Of a stretch of DNA of 64,000 nt, positions 49,196 through 62,482 are shown piece after piece. This stretch comes from Macrostomum hystrix (lineage: Eukaryota > Animalia > Platyhelminthes). The notes below the pieces were generated by a model that did no database searches, was not told the origin of the DNA, and saw only the letters and a program-made list of their open reading frames with translations. The translations under genes were made by a program, and so were the position numbers. How positions within the stretch are numbered: the stretch's first letter is position 1; each line of letters begins with the position of its first letter. Location: contig CATNEN010000038.1 of the NCBI GenBank assembly GCA_950097015.1, forward strand, positions 25,978,001 to 26,042,000, read 5' to 3'.

Positions 49196-52100
49196 ATGTA
49201 TCGCAGTAGCTCCGAATCATCGGCCGAACATGAGAGTTTTCCTTCAGTTATCAATCTTTACGCTGATACACCAGCCAATTTTACGAAGCATCATGTCAGC
49301 ACATCTCATTCACAGTCGCTGTATGAGCCAAACACATCTGCAGCTTCTCAAGTAGACCCATTTTTAGCTTTAAATATAACTAGAACCTACCAACAAAACC
49401 GTTTGCATGACGACGAAACAAGCTATGCATCGAGCTCCACCTATGCAATGTCTCCAACAACCTATGTTGGAAGCATTCCACCTATGCAGCCAATATCTAC
49501 TCCCGTAGTTCCAAACAATTCATTTTTAGCAACTCAAGATAGAAGAGGCAGCTGCGGGTCTCCACAATCGTCAGACTCAGACTCTGATCGTACCCCGCTA
49601 AGAAACAGACGAGATAGTACATCGAGTACCAGCACTTCAAGTAGCGATGATGCGTTAACCCTGACACACAGGCCGCCAACGCAAGGATGGTATGTATAGT
49701 ACGGTTGTTGTTTATTTTTTTCGGGTTACAATTTAAAAGATCAAGAAGATATTCATATGCTTGATTGCGTAATAGAAAAGCAATTAAGTCTCTTCAAAAC
49801 ATTGAAAATGTAATCGATTCCGCAGCGGCTGGCGCTCTCACACACAGTCCTGTAGAAACAATCCTCAGCAGCAGCCAGGGCTAGTTGGCCAGCGAACCGG
49901 GCACCAGAGGCAAGGCGCCGCAACAGCTCTAATTCCAAAGGCTCGCTTGCAGCTGCTTCAGTCAAGCGGTCGGTCAATTCAACAGCCGGCGCCTTTAAAC
50001 ATTGTCGGCAGTCCGTCGCCTTCTTCAAACAACAGCGCCTGCTCTGGCAGCGTCGGCGGCGGCGGTCGAAGAGGTCTTATCTGCCACCTTACGGGGCTTG
50101 GAAATCGATCGGATTATGCCAACCCGGCCGTCACTGCGACTGCCGATGGATCTGAAGGCATCCAACTGCACGGTCGAGCACCAACTGCAGGCGACTCTGG
50201 TAATGATACAATAGGATATTATTTGTACTGTGGCACTGGCAGTCGCACAAAACTTAAAGTCACACCTCAAAAAAGTTTCATCTGCTACGAATTTCTCATC
50301 GTCCAGACAGTGTACACTCTCACTGGGCCTTGGGCTCGTAAATTCCAAGTGAGTTCTGATGGAGGAAGTCTGGCCTTATTCCCTCCCCGCAGGCATCAGT
50401 AACACGTCGCACGAAACGCAGAGCTCATGCGGAACGCAGTCCTGCTGTCGCGATCGCAGCAGCGACAGTCTCGCCTCCGCAGCAGCCGCTGCAACCTCAG
50501 CTTCCGCCCTAGCGGCTGCGTCGACCAGTTGTGCTTCGAGCTCAGCAATCTGCGGCTCTGTTGCAGGTGGAATATTGAAATTCGGTGGAGATTCCACGGC
50601 CAAGCAGTGCGAAATCATGCAGACTGCTTTCAAGTGAGTTCGAGCCGGGAAAGTCTGGGGGGTGAGTGGCAGAACGGTCTAACGCGTTTTTGCCTCTGGC
50701 ACCAAGGTACTTGAGCGGCGCTGCGAGGCCACATTCATTTTGGGGCGCAACCATCGAGAGAAGGCTTGGGGGCTCGTCGTGCAATTTACGCCATTGAGGG
50801 CCAACCTCCAAGGCACAGTGAGAGTGTGCACTGCCTGACGATGAGAAAGTCGGGCAGATGTACACATCTGTGTGAGCGTGTGCCTGGGTATCTGAGTATG
50901 GGCAGAGGTGCCTCCTCGGTGGCTGCGGGACTAGTGTCACCAATGGATGTGCCAATGACCGCAGCCCTCCTGCAAATATAATTGCAAACTGACGATTCTG
51001 ATTTCAGAAGACTAAATTACGTCGCAGGTAGTTGAGAACAGAATGTGAAAAGTGAATAAAAGCCCATTAACCTTCTCTCTATCGTGTGAGCGTGAGCCTG
51101 CTTACGGTATCTGTGTGCGTGTGTGCTCAGGAGTCAGAGGAATGCCTCCTCGCTCGCTGCGGCTCCTGAAAGTACTATTTATTTGCCTGGAGTTTGGCAG
51201 TTCGAATATTTGCCTACAGAATTCAACTATTTTTCCATGAGTGAGAAACCTTGATTTTCCATGGCTTAGCTCGTAAATTGAACAAGGTGTGAAATCGACC
51301 CCATTCAGTCCACTGAACTGAACGCTGCCTCTTGCCCTAATAAAACAGGCCCTAATAAATATACTAAAATGATAATAAAAGAGGCTAAGATTATGTGAAA
51401 CTTTAATTAGATTCTCTTGAAGGTTTCTTTCAAATCGATGAGCCAGCTCAGCAAGTCGCCACTAAGAGCCAATCGACCAATGGGCAGAGCATCTCCAAAC
51501 CAAAGACTCTGCGCTCGATTATGTTTGTGCTCAAAATCTGAGTCTTGTCAGAAAGCTGGGCGACTAAATTCTGCTGCCGGGGACTCCCATTGGGAAGAAA
51601 TATCCGTAGGATCCCTAGAACCTGCCTGGCTTGGAGCTTTACGGGATTAAATTTCCCAGTAACCATGGGAGACAAGCTCTCCCTCTCTCTTTTCGGTTTC
51701 GGAAAAACTTTTAACCCGAGGTGAGGAGGAGAACTCGCCGAGGTTGAGATTTCGCGTCGATCGATAAAGCGGAGGATGCGGCCGCGAGCCAAGACGGCAG
51801 TCGATAATCCGCCTTATACTCTTGGCTTAACCAAGGCCTACCAAAACTTAGCGTTCTCCTATTTCCCCGCCGCATACCCAGCTACTCAGAAGCTCCAGGC
51901 ACTGGAATGAATTATCGGACTCTAGGTCGTCGGCATTATCGTTACATCAAGCGCAGTAAGCTTGGCGTAAAGGGGGTCCATTTTTAAGGACCCGATATTG
52001 AGAAATAGAACTACACCCGCCGGCAGGAAAATAGTTTCACTTTCAGAATCGTCTTTTTGGACTCCGTGTCTCTACTCCCACTGGCCAAACTCATCGTTGG

Positions 52101-55100
52101 TGAGATCTAGCATTCTCCCTCGGGGCGATCGAGCGAGGTCATCTGTGTCTCCAACCCACTGCCATCGCATCTGATCTATGCGACATGCACCTATCCCAGC
52201 TACCTCACCCCCTCCTGGGAATCTTGCTTGGGCCTAGCAGCCCAAGCCTGCCTGGCATTGCTCCCACAAATCTAGTTTTAGTTTGTTTATATATAATTTT
52301 GATTCGTGTAGGCACGAATATCGCATTCCGGCAATTCCCAACGATCTAAGCAAACCTCTACGAGACCTGAACAGGAATTCAGGACAAAAACAACAAGAAC
52401 AAGAACATGAAGTTCTTCTTGTTGGCTTTTATCGCTGGATTAGATCTAAACTCTCACTTCTCTCTCCTCTCCTTCTCTTTAATTTCTTTCTCTCTCATTT
52501 CCTTCTCTCTCCTCTCCTTCTCTCTCCTCTCCTTCTCTCTCCTCTCTTCTCTCTCCTCTCCTTCTCTCTCCTCTCCTTCTCTCTCCTCTCTTCTCTCTCC
52601 TCTCCTTCTCTCTCCTCTCTTCTCTCTCCTCTCCTTCTCTCTCCTCTCTTCTCTCTCCTCTCCTTCTCTCTTCTCTCTTCTCTCTCCTCTCTTCTCTCTC
52701 CTCTCTTCTCTCTCCTCTCCTTCTCTCTCCTCTCTTCTCTCTCCTCTCTTCTCTCTCCTCTCTTCTCTCTCCTCTCCTTCTCTCTCCTCTTCTTCTCTCT
52801 CATTTCCTTCTCTCTCCTCTCCTTCTCTCTCCTCTCCTTCTCTCTCCTCTCTTCTCTCTCCTCTCCTTCTCTCTCCTCTCTTCTCTCTCCTCTCCTTCTC
52901 TCTCCTCTCTTCTCTCTCCTCTCTTCTCTCTCCTCTCTTCTCTCTCCTCTCCTTCTCTCTCCTCTCTTCTCTCTCCTCTCCTTCTCTCTCCTCTCCTTCT
53001 CTCTCCTCTCTTCTCTCTCCTCTCCTTCTCTCTCCTCTCCTTCTCTCTCCTCTCCTTCTCTCTCCTCTCTTCTCTCTCCTCTCTTCTCTCTCCTCTCCTT
53101 CTCTCTCCTCTCCTTCTCTCTCCTCTCTTCTCTCTCCTCTCTTCTCTCTCCTCTCCTTCTCTCTCCTCTCCTTCTCTCTCCTCTCTTCTCTCTCCTCTCC
53201 TTCTCTCTCCTCTCTTCTCTCTCCTCTCTTCTCTCTCCTCTCTTCTCTCTCCTCTCCTTCTCTCTCCTCTCCTTCTCTCTCCTCTCCTTCTCTCTCCTCT
53301 ATTCTCTCTCCTCTCCTTCTCTCTCCTCTCCTTCTCTCTCCTCTCTTCTCTCTCCTCTCCTTCTCTCTCCTCTCCTTCTCTCTCCTCTCTTCTCTCTCCT
53401 CTCCTTCTCTCTCCTCTCTTCTCTCTCCTCTCTTCTCTCTCCTCTCCTTCTCTCTCCTCTCTTCTCTCTCCTCTCCTTCTCTCTCCTCTCTTCTCTCTCC
53501 TCTCCTTCTCTCTCCTCTCTTCTCTCTCCTCTCTTCTCTCTCCTCTCTTCTCTCTCCTCTCCTTCTCTCTCCTCTCTTCTCTCTCCTCTCTTCTCTCTCC
53601 TCTCCTTCTCTCTCCTCTCCTTCTCTCTCCTCTCTTCTCTCTCCTCTCTTCTCTCTCCTCTCCTTCTCTCTCCTCTCCTTCTCTCTCCTCTCTTCTCTCT
53701 CCTTTCCTTCTCTCTCCTCTCTTCTCTCTCCTCTCCTTCTCTCTCCTCTCCTTCGCTCTCCTCTCTTCTCTCTCCTCTCCTTCTCTCTCCTCTCCTTCTC
53801 TCTCCTCTCCTTCTCTCTCCTCTCTTCTCTCTCCTCTCTTCTCTCTCCTCTCTTCTCTCTCCTCTCCTTCTCTCCCATTTCCTTCTCTCTCCTCTCCTTC
53901 TCTCTCCTCTTCTTCTCTCTCCTCTCCTTCTCTCTCCTCTCTTCTCTCTCCTCTCCTTCTCTCTCCTCTCTTCTCTCTCCTCTCTTCTCTCTCCTCTCTT
54001 CTCTCTCCTCTCCTTCTCTCTCCTCTCTTCTCTCTCCTCTCTTCTCTCTCCTCTCCTTCTCTCTCCTCTCCTTCTCTCTCCTCTCTTCTCTCTCCTCTCT
54101 TCTCTCTCCTCTCTTCTCTCTCCTCTCTTCTCTCTCCTCTCCTTCTCTCTCCTCTCCTTCTCTCTCCTCTCTTCTCTCTCCTCTCCTTCTCTCTCCTCTC
54201 CTTCTCTCTCCTCTCCTTCTCTCTCCTCTCTTCTCTCTCCTCTCTTCTCTCTCCTCTCTTCTCTCTCCTCTCCTTCTCTCTCCTCTCCTTCTCTCCCATT
54301 TCCTTCTCTCTCCTCTCCTTCTCTCTCCTCTCTTCTCTCTCCTCTCCTTCTCTCTCCTCTCCTTCTCTCTCCTCTCTTCTCTCTCCTCTCTTCTCTCTCC
54401 TCTCTTCTCTCTCCTCTCTTCTCTCTCCTCTCCTTCTCTCTCCTCTCTTCTCTCTCCTCTCTTCTCTCTCCTCTCCTTCTCTCTCCTCTCCTTCTCTCTC
54501 CTCTCTTCTCTCTCCTCTCTTCTCTCTCCTCTCCTTCTCTCTCCTCTCATTCTCTCTCCTCTCCTTCTCTCTCCTCTCTTCTCTCTCCTCTCCTTCTCTC
54601 TCCTCTCTTCTCTCTCCTCTCTTCTCTCTCCTCTCCTTCTCTCTCCTCTCTTCTCTCTCCTCTCCTTCTCTCTCCTCTCCTTCTCTCTCCTCTCTTCTCT
54701 CTCCTCTCTTCTCTCTCCTCTCCTTCTCTCTCCTCTCCTTCTCTCTCCTCTCTTCTCTCTCCTCTCTTCTCTCTCCTCTCCTTCTCTCTCCTCTCTTCTC
54801 TCTCCTCTCCTTCTCTCTCCTCTCCTTCTCTCTCCTCTCTTCTCTCTCCTCTCTTCTCTCTCCTCTCCTTCTCTCTCCTCTCCTTCTCTCTCCTCTCTTC
54901 TCTCTCCTCTCCTTCTCTCTCCTCTCTTCTCTCTCCTCTCTTCTCTCTCCTCTCTTCTCTCTCCTCTCTTCTCTCTCCTCTCCTTCTCTCTCCTCTCCTT
55001 CTCTCTCCTCTCCTTCTCTCTCCTCTCTTCTCTCTCCTCTCCTTCTCTCTCCTCTCCTTCTCTCTCCTCTCTTCTCTCTCCTCTCTTCTCTCTCCTCTCC

Positions 55101-56210
55101 TTCTCTCTCCTCTCCTTCTCTCTCCTCTCCTTCTCTCTCCTCTCTTCTCTCTCCTCTCCTTCTCTCTCCTCTCCTTCTCTTTCCTCTCTTCTCTCTCCTC
55201 TCCTTCTCTCTCCTCTCTTCTCTCTCCTCTCCTTCTCTCTCCTCTCCTTCTCTCTCCTCTCCTTCTCTCCCATTTCCTTCTCTCTCCCTGTCCTATTATT
55301 TCCCTATTTTACACACTCTCTCACCCACTCAGGCTTGTACTATGTTATAACCGTAGCTAATTATTTAGTACAGCAGTTAGTAGGTGCCCATCGGAAACCG
55401 TGACTCAGTTAATGCTGTTTAGCATCGCTTAACATTTATCAGAGATTGAGTCAATTTGATGATGATGAATACTGGCATCCCTAGAAAAAATTTCATTCGC
55501 TATCGTCAGTTGTCGGAGCATCAATCATTTCCATTTCAATACCGCCTTGGTGGGTCCTAACTATAGAGCTCAGGTGTAGCCCAGCTCCTACCTGGCAAAT
55601 GCCATTTTAGAATCTGTGGGTAGTGAGGAGTAGCGAGATTGTTATTGATTGTGGAATCTGGGAATATCCTCACAGACAGTCTTTGGTTGCATTCATCAAT
55701 CACTATAATGCTGCTCCTGCTGCTGCTGCTGCTACTAAGGGCAATGGCAAAATTTGAGTCATGAAAGTAGCAAATAGTATAGTAGTAGTATTTTAAAATA
55801 CAAACTAAAAACTGTGCAATCTATTGAATTATTTTCCAGATTTGATCTGTTTAAAATTCTATCACTGGCTTATATGTGGCTGCTGTGCTGTCTTGGGGTA
55901 CTGCTGCCACTATCGGACATGACTGTGCCTACTCATGTCGAACCTAATAGGCGACACTTGATAGGAATCGAGGTGAGACTTAAAATTGTCATTGACGATG
56001 GCAACATTGTGAGTAGCATACCGATTTTCAAACTAAATCACTCCATTCTCTTACAGGGATTCTACATCTATCTGCACTGTGTTGGGACGATAATCCTCAT
56101 GTCAACATTTTTCCTTTCCTGGAAGCGTAGACGACAAACAAGACAGAGGGGACTACGGCATCGTGAACTCGCGTCATTCGGTGGCTTCAATATCCGACTA
56201 TGCATTGCTG
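49196..56210 (+). CDS. OTOP: Otopetrin proton channel, 5' part (long Ser-rich N-terminus plus first TM helices; later exons not found in window)
   Basis: Exons 55840-55972 (ILSLAYMWLLCCLGVLLPLSDM..IE) and 56057-56210 (GFYIYLHCVGTIIL..SFGGFNIRLCIA) resemble invertebrate otopetrin TM1-TM3 (LSALY..GIAFP.AE / GFYLYLY / GSFYLR). Upstream exons 49196-49689, 49826-50199, 50393-50633 join in phase, but their assignment to this gene is inferred. Confidence 0.75.
50657..51165 (+). mobile_element. Composite SINE family A with captured iGluR intron/exon sequence
   Basis: Head at 50657; ~50757-51085 nearly identical to ~3069-3398; a second SINE 3' part resumes at ~51084. Confidence 0.85.
51400..52260 (-). 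mobile_element. Decayed non-LTR retrotransposon (RTE-like) RT C-terminal fragment
   Basis: Broken frames with GDTDDLA (resembling YADD) and GILRIFLPN..IIERR..WFG, similar to RTE-clade RILRIFWPN..RW.GH; many stops and frameshifts. Confidence 0.45.
52455..55288. repeat. 2.8-kb almost pure polypyrimidine array of 14/15-bp units TTCTCTCTCCTCTC(C)
   Basis: Direct reading; only a handful of purines on the + strand. Confidence 0.97.
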
Positions 56211-56230
56211 GTGAGTCCATGTACTGCCTA

Positions 56231-56231
56231 T

Positions 56232-56287
<56 letters not shown>

Positions 56288-56296
56288 ATAGATAAA
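56231..56296. repeat. (GATA)n microsatellite
   Basis: Direct reading. Confidence 0.97.
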
Positions 56297-57039
56297 TACG
56301 AAGAAGATCTATCCAAGAAACGATTTTTTATCTGTCATCCTTACCTATGTTCGTAATGCTATTTTAGTATTCCCATTGTGAGTCATCTGTTTTTGGGAAG
56401 TTATTGACTTTATTGTCGAGTTTGTCCTAAAATTCTGCTGTGTTCTTCTGCATTTTCCTTTCGAATCGTGCTCAAAGATCATAAATTAGGGTCAATAATT
56501 TAGTAGGACTCGCGGCTTGACTTTTGATTACTGCCATAGCCTGTTTTAGTATCCCTGCGCTCTGAGGATGCCATATTTTTTATCAACTCTTTCGTCACCT
56601 CGGGAAAGGAGTATTTAAGTCCCACGTCTGTCTCGCCGTCAGTTACAGGCCAACCGACCACCCCATCCCCGGACCAAATATCCCATTCTAAAGCTACTCA
56701 AAGCCCCGGCGATGACAACCGACTCACATACTCCCCTGAGGGGATGAGCACAGTGTTAGAGGGAGAGAATGGGATCATGGGAGTGACTCATCCTCAGCAA
56801 TAAGGAGGCATTATCTCCTCACCCCACCAAGCGGCCCGCTGGTGACAGTAAAAAAGCAAACGGCGGATATGAAGATGATCTACTCTCTCTTTCTAAACCC
56901 TTCACAATACCATGCCGCTGTGCGATCGGGGCTAAATCGTTACTGAATGATATTTCACACGAAAGACACTGGTATACCAATCGATCTTTTTCGTGTGAAA
57001 TCTTTAATAGAAAATATATTTCTTATAGATACTTTCATA

Positions 57040-58988
57040 GTCTAACAGATCCACAATCCTAAGTTTGTCTAACAGATCCTTAAATATGTCTAACAGATCC
57101 TTATTCCTTGTCCAACAGATCCTTATTCCTTGTCTAACAGATCCTTAATCCTTGTCTAACAGATCCTTATTCCTTGTCTAACAGATCCTTAAATATGTCT
57201 AACAGATCCTTATTCCTTGTCTAACAGATCCTTATTCCTTGTCTAACAGATCCTTAATCCTTGTCTAACAGATCCTTATTCCTTGTCTAACAGATCCTTA
57301 ATCCTTGTCTAACAGATCCTTATTCCTTGTCTAACAGATCCTTAATCCTTGTCTAACAGATCCTTATTCCTTGTCTAACAGATCCTTATTCATTGTCTAA
57401 CAGATCCTTATTCCTTGTCTAACAGATCCTTATTCCTTGTCTAACAGATCCTTTATCCTTGTCTAACAGATCCTTATTCCTTGTCTAACAGATCCTTATT
57501 CCTTGTCTAACAGATCCTTATTCCTTGTCTAACAGATCCTTAATCCTTGTCTAACAGATCCTTATTCCTTGTCTAACAGATCCTTAATCCTTGTCTAACA
57601 GATCCTTATTCCTTGTCTAACAGATCCTTATTCCTTGTCTAACAGATCCTTATTCCTTGTCTAACAGATCCTTATTCCTTGTCTAACAGATCCTTTATCC
57701 TTGTCTAACAGATCCTTATTCCTTGTCTAACAGATCCTTATTCCTTGTCTAACAGATCCTTATTCCTTGTCTAACAGATCCTTATTCCTTGTCTAACAGA
57801 TCCTTATTCCTTGTCTAACAGATCCTTATTCCTTGTCTAACAGATCCTTATTCCTTGTCTAACAGATCCTTATTCCTTGTCTAACAGATCCTTATTCCTT
57901 GTCTAACAGATCCTTATTCCTTGTCTAACAGATCCTTATTCCTTGTCTAACAGATCCTTTATCCTTGTCTAACAGATCCTTATTCCTTGTCTAACAGATC
58001 CTTATTCCTTGTCTAACAGATCCTTATTCCTTGTCTAACAGATCCTTAATCCTTGTCTAACAGATCCTTATTCCTTGTCTAACAGATCCTTAATCCTTGT
58101 CTAACAGATCCTTATTCCTTGTCTAACAGATCCTTATTCCTTGTCTAACAGATCCTTATTCCTTGTCTAACAGATCCTTATTCCTTGTCTAACAGATCCT
58201 TTATCCTTGTCTAACAGATCCTTATTCCTTGTCTAACAGATCCTTATTCCTTGTCTAACAGATCCTTATTCCTTGTCTAACAGATCCTTATTCCTTGTCT
58301 AACAGATCCTTATTCCTTGTCTAACAGATCCTTATTCCTTGTCTAACAGATCCTTATTCCTTGTCTAACAGATCCTTATTCCTTGTCTAACAGATCCTTA
58401 TTCCTTGTCTAACAGATCCTTATTCCTTGTCTAACAGATCCTTAATCCTTGTCTAACAGATCCTTATTCCTTGTCTAACAGATCCTTATTCCTTGTCTAA
58501 CAGATCCTTATTCCTTGTCTAACAGATCCTTATTCCTTGTCTAACAGATCCTTAATCCTTGTCTAACAGATCCTTATTCCTTGTCTAACAGATCCTTATT
58601 CCTTGTCTAACAGATCCTTATTCCTTGTCTAACAGATCCTTAATCCTTGTCTAACAGATCCTTATTCCTTGTCTAACAGATCCTTATTCCTTGTCTAACA
58701 GATCCTTATTCCTTGTCTAACAGATCCTTATTCCTTGTCTAACAGATCCTTAATCCTTGTCTAACAGATCCTTATTCCTTGTCTAACAGATCCTTAATCC
58801 TTGTCTAACAGATCCTTATTCCTTGTCTAACAGATCCTTATTCCTTGTCTAACAGATCCTTATTCCTTGTCTAACAGATCCTTATTCCTTGTCTAACAGA
58901 TCCTTAATCCTTGTCTAACAGATCCTTATTCCTTGTCTAACAGATCCTTATTCCTTGTCTAACAGATCCTTATTCCTTGTCTAACAGA
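57040..58988. repeat. 22-bp minisatellite (TCTAACAGATCCTTATTCCTTG)n
   Basis: ~88 highly homogeneous units. Confidence 0.97.
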
Positions 58989-59432
58989 AAGATAATATAA
59001 CAGATTCCCAATCCTTGTCTGACAGGATTGGAATTAGAAAAGTCCCAGTTTCAAAATTACCTGAGAATTTTCTCGTCAATAGCAATAATACCATCTTGCT
59101 GCTGTTTTGTACTTTTTTAGTGTCACTTCTGACAGAAGCTAAAGCAGTTGAGCTGATAAATAAATAATTAGGTTGTCTGACATTAATACTTATGAGAAAA
59201 TAAAGAAAAACAGGACGCCAAGAGCCAAGCCAGGAGTTTGAAAAGTAATTTGACATCAATAGATTGACTACGTGTGTAACCGAGTCCGGTTGGCATGGCG
59301 ACTGAGAATACTTGAAGCATAGCGACGTCCTGAAGTCATCACATCTTTCATTGTCTGTGTAATAGAAAACTATCTTAGCAATGAGATTAAGAAGCAGGTT
59401 ATGACTCAAATCCTAAACTAGACTTTACAAAG

Positions 59433-60430
59433 CGAATGAGAAATGGTATCGAATGAGAAATAGTATCGAATGAGAAATGGAATTGAATGAGAACTGGTAT
59501 CGAATGAGAAATGGTATCGAATGAGAAATGGAATCGAATGAGAAATGGTATCGAATGAGAACTGGTATCGAATGAGAAATGGTATCGAATGAGAAATGGA
59601 ATCGAATGAGAAATGGTATCGAATGAGAATGGTACGAGTATCGAATGAGAAATGGTATCGAATGAGAAATGGAATCGAATGAGAAATGGTATCGAATGAG
59701 AATGGTACGAGTATCGAATGAGAAATGGTATCGAATGAGAAATGGAATCGAATGAGAAATGGTATCGAATGAGAAATGGTATCGAATGAGAAATAGTATC
59801 GAATGAGAAATAGTATCGAATGAGAAATAGTATCGAATGAGAAATGGAATCGAATGAGAAATGGTATCGAATGAGAAATGGTATCGAATGAGAATTGGTA
59901 TCGAATGAGAAATGGTATCGAATGAAAAATGGTATCAAATGAGAAATGGTATCGAATGAGAAATGGAATCGAATGAGAAATGGTATCAAATGAGAAATGG
60001 AATCGAATAAGAAATGGAATCGAATGAGAAATGGTATCGAATGAGAAATAGTATCGAATGAGAAATGGTATCGAATGAGAAGTGGTATCGAATGAGAAAT
60101 GATATCGAATGAGAAATGGTATCGAATGAGAAATGGTATCGAATGAGAAATGGTATCGAATGAGAAATGGTATCGAATGAGAAGTGGTATCGAATGAGAA
60201 ATGGTATCGAATGAGAAATGGTATCGAATGAGAAATGGTATCGAATGAGAAATGGTATCGAATGAGAAGTGGTATTGAATGAGAAATGGTATCGAATGAG
60301 AAATGGTATCGAATGAGAAATGGTATCGAATGAGAAATGGTATCGAATGAGAAATGGTATCGAATGAGAAATGGTATCGAATGAGAAATGGTATCGAATG
60401 AGAAATGGTATCGAATGAGAAATGGTATCG
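59433..60430. repeat. 17-bp minisatellite (GAATGAGAAATGGTATC)n, array 1
   Basis: ~58 units. Confidence 0.96.
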
Positions 60431-60839
60431 TACGGACTTTTTAATCTCTACAAACTTTTTCGCCATTACAAAACTGGTATTTTCATGAAATATTTGTGTT
60501 TAATCTCTTTTCTCGTCAACGTCAAAAACCGAACTCACAAAAATACTTCCAGTGACAAATTTTGCACTTATTGATATCCCTGCATAACAACTAAAATATA
60601 TAAAAACAAAGTAGCATTGAATGATTGGATTAGATTACTGAACTGGGTAGGATTAATAAAACGAAGATTAACGGCAGTGAGAAGTCATGCGTTAACCGAG
60701 ATTAACTATAGCGCAGAAAAATTCCTAAAAACTCATTAGTTACTGCTGAACTTTCTGCTTCTTAAAGGTTTGATCAGACTTTCTTATTCTGGTTGATCTT
60801 AATTTATTTAACTAGCATCAGCTTTTGTGTCCGATGGAG

Positions 60840-61355
60840 CTACAAGAATTCACTATATCTGTACAAGAACTCATTATAACTGTACAAGAACTCACTATGA
60901 CTGTACAAGAACTCACTATAATTGTACAAGAACTCACTATGACTGTACAAGAACTCACTATAACTGTACAAGAACTCACTATAACTGTACAAGAACTCAT
61001 TATAATTGTACAAGAACTCATTATAACTGTACAAGAACTCACTATGACTGTACAAGAACTCACTATAATTGTACAAGAACTCACTATGACTGTACAAGAA
61101 CTCACTATAACTGTACAAGAACTCACTATAACTGTACAAGAACTCACTATGACTGTACAAGAACTCACTATAATTGTACAAGAACTCACTATAATTGTAC
61201 AAGAACTCATTATAATTGCACAAGAACTCACTATAATTGTACAAGAACTCACTATAATTGAACAAGAACTCACTATAATTGTACAAGAACTTACTTTAAC
61301 TGTACAGAACTCACCATAACTGTACAAGAACTCATTGAACTGTACAGGAACTCAC
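60840..61355. repeat. 21-bp minisatellite (TGTACAAGAACTCACTATAAC)n
   Basis: ~24 units. Confidence 0.96.
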
Positions 61356-61991
61356 AATCTTGTGTTAAAAAGCCTTTTAAAAATGTGTATTTAAGTAAAA
61401 AAGCACAAGTACTCCCACTTGTACAAGAAATCGCTGTTGCTGTGACCGACTCGCAATACAATAGTTTGCTGCTCTAAAGAAACTCTTTATTTACTTAAAA
61501 AGTGTTAAATGTTACTTTTAAATTAGAACAGAATTTTTGTGTTTGCTTTATTTCGAAGTGAATTTTTTCATAAAGAGAAGACTTTTTTGTACGAAAGCAA
61601 ATATTTTGTTTGCATTTCTTGTTTCGCTGATTTAAGTGTATTTGAAAATATAGAAAAACAGTGGTTTGAATTATGGCTAACTAAAACCTGCTGCTACGTG
61701 AGGTGAGTCGCAATTCCAGGGATTTTTTTTCTTGAATCCCTAGCCTTCAATGCAGGCGGTCATTGTCGCAAACTGTTGAAGCATGAGTCATCGTTGGCTG
61801 TCGCTGCGGTGCGCGCCTGGGCTGTCTCGCCTCAACAACAAAAAACTGTCTGCCACCACCCAGCCCGCCTGTCTTTCCCTGTTGCTTTTTTAGGTTCAGA
61901 AAATAGACAAGCGGCAAAACAGAAGAGGGAATAGAAGAATGCGTGACTCCACCCTGCACTAGCCCAGCTGCCGGGAACACGCGGCATTGGT

Positions 61992-62482
61992 AGAAATGGT
62001 ATCGAACGAGAAATGGTATCGAATGAGAAATGGTATCGAATGAGAAATGGTATCGAATGAGAAATGGTATCGAACGAGAAATGGTATCGAATGAGAAATG
62101 GTATCGAATGAGAAATGGTATCGAACGAGAAATGGTATCGAATGAGAAATGGTATCGAATGAGAAATGATATCGAATGAGAAATGGTATCGAACGAGAAA
62201 TGGTATCGAATGAGAAATGGTATCGAATGAGAAATGATATCGAATGAGAAATGGTATCGAATCGAATGAGAAATGGTATCGAATGAGAATGGTATCGAAT
62301 CGAATGAGAAATGGTATCGAATGAGAAATGATATCGAATGAGAAATGGTATCGAATGAGAAATGGTATCGAATGAGAAATGGTATCGAATGAGAAATGGT
62401 ATCGAATGAGAATGGTACGAGTATCGAATGAGAACTGGTATCGAATGAGAAATGGTATCGAATGAGAATGGTATCGAATGAA
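61992..62482. repeat. 17-bp minisatellite (GAATGAGAAATGGTATC)n, array 2
   Basis: ~29 units, same unit and orientation as 59433-60430. Confidence 0.96.

Noticed and set aside
52311-52440. Possible extra otopetrin exon (HEYRIPAIPNDLSKPLRDLNR)
   Set aside because: The acceptor is in phase, but I found no phase-2 GT donor; exons ending 50633 and starting 55840 already join in frame.
52283-55403. ~1000-aa Leu/Ser and Arg/Glu ORFs on both strands
   Set aside because: A near-pure C/T tract cannot contain stop codons; these are translation artefacts of the repeat.
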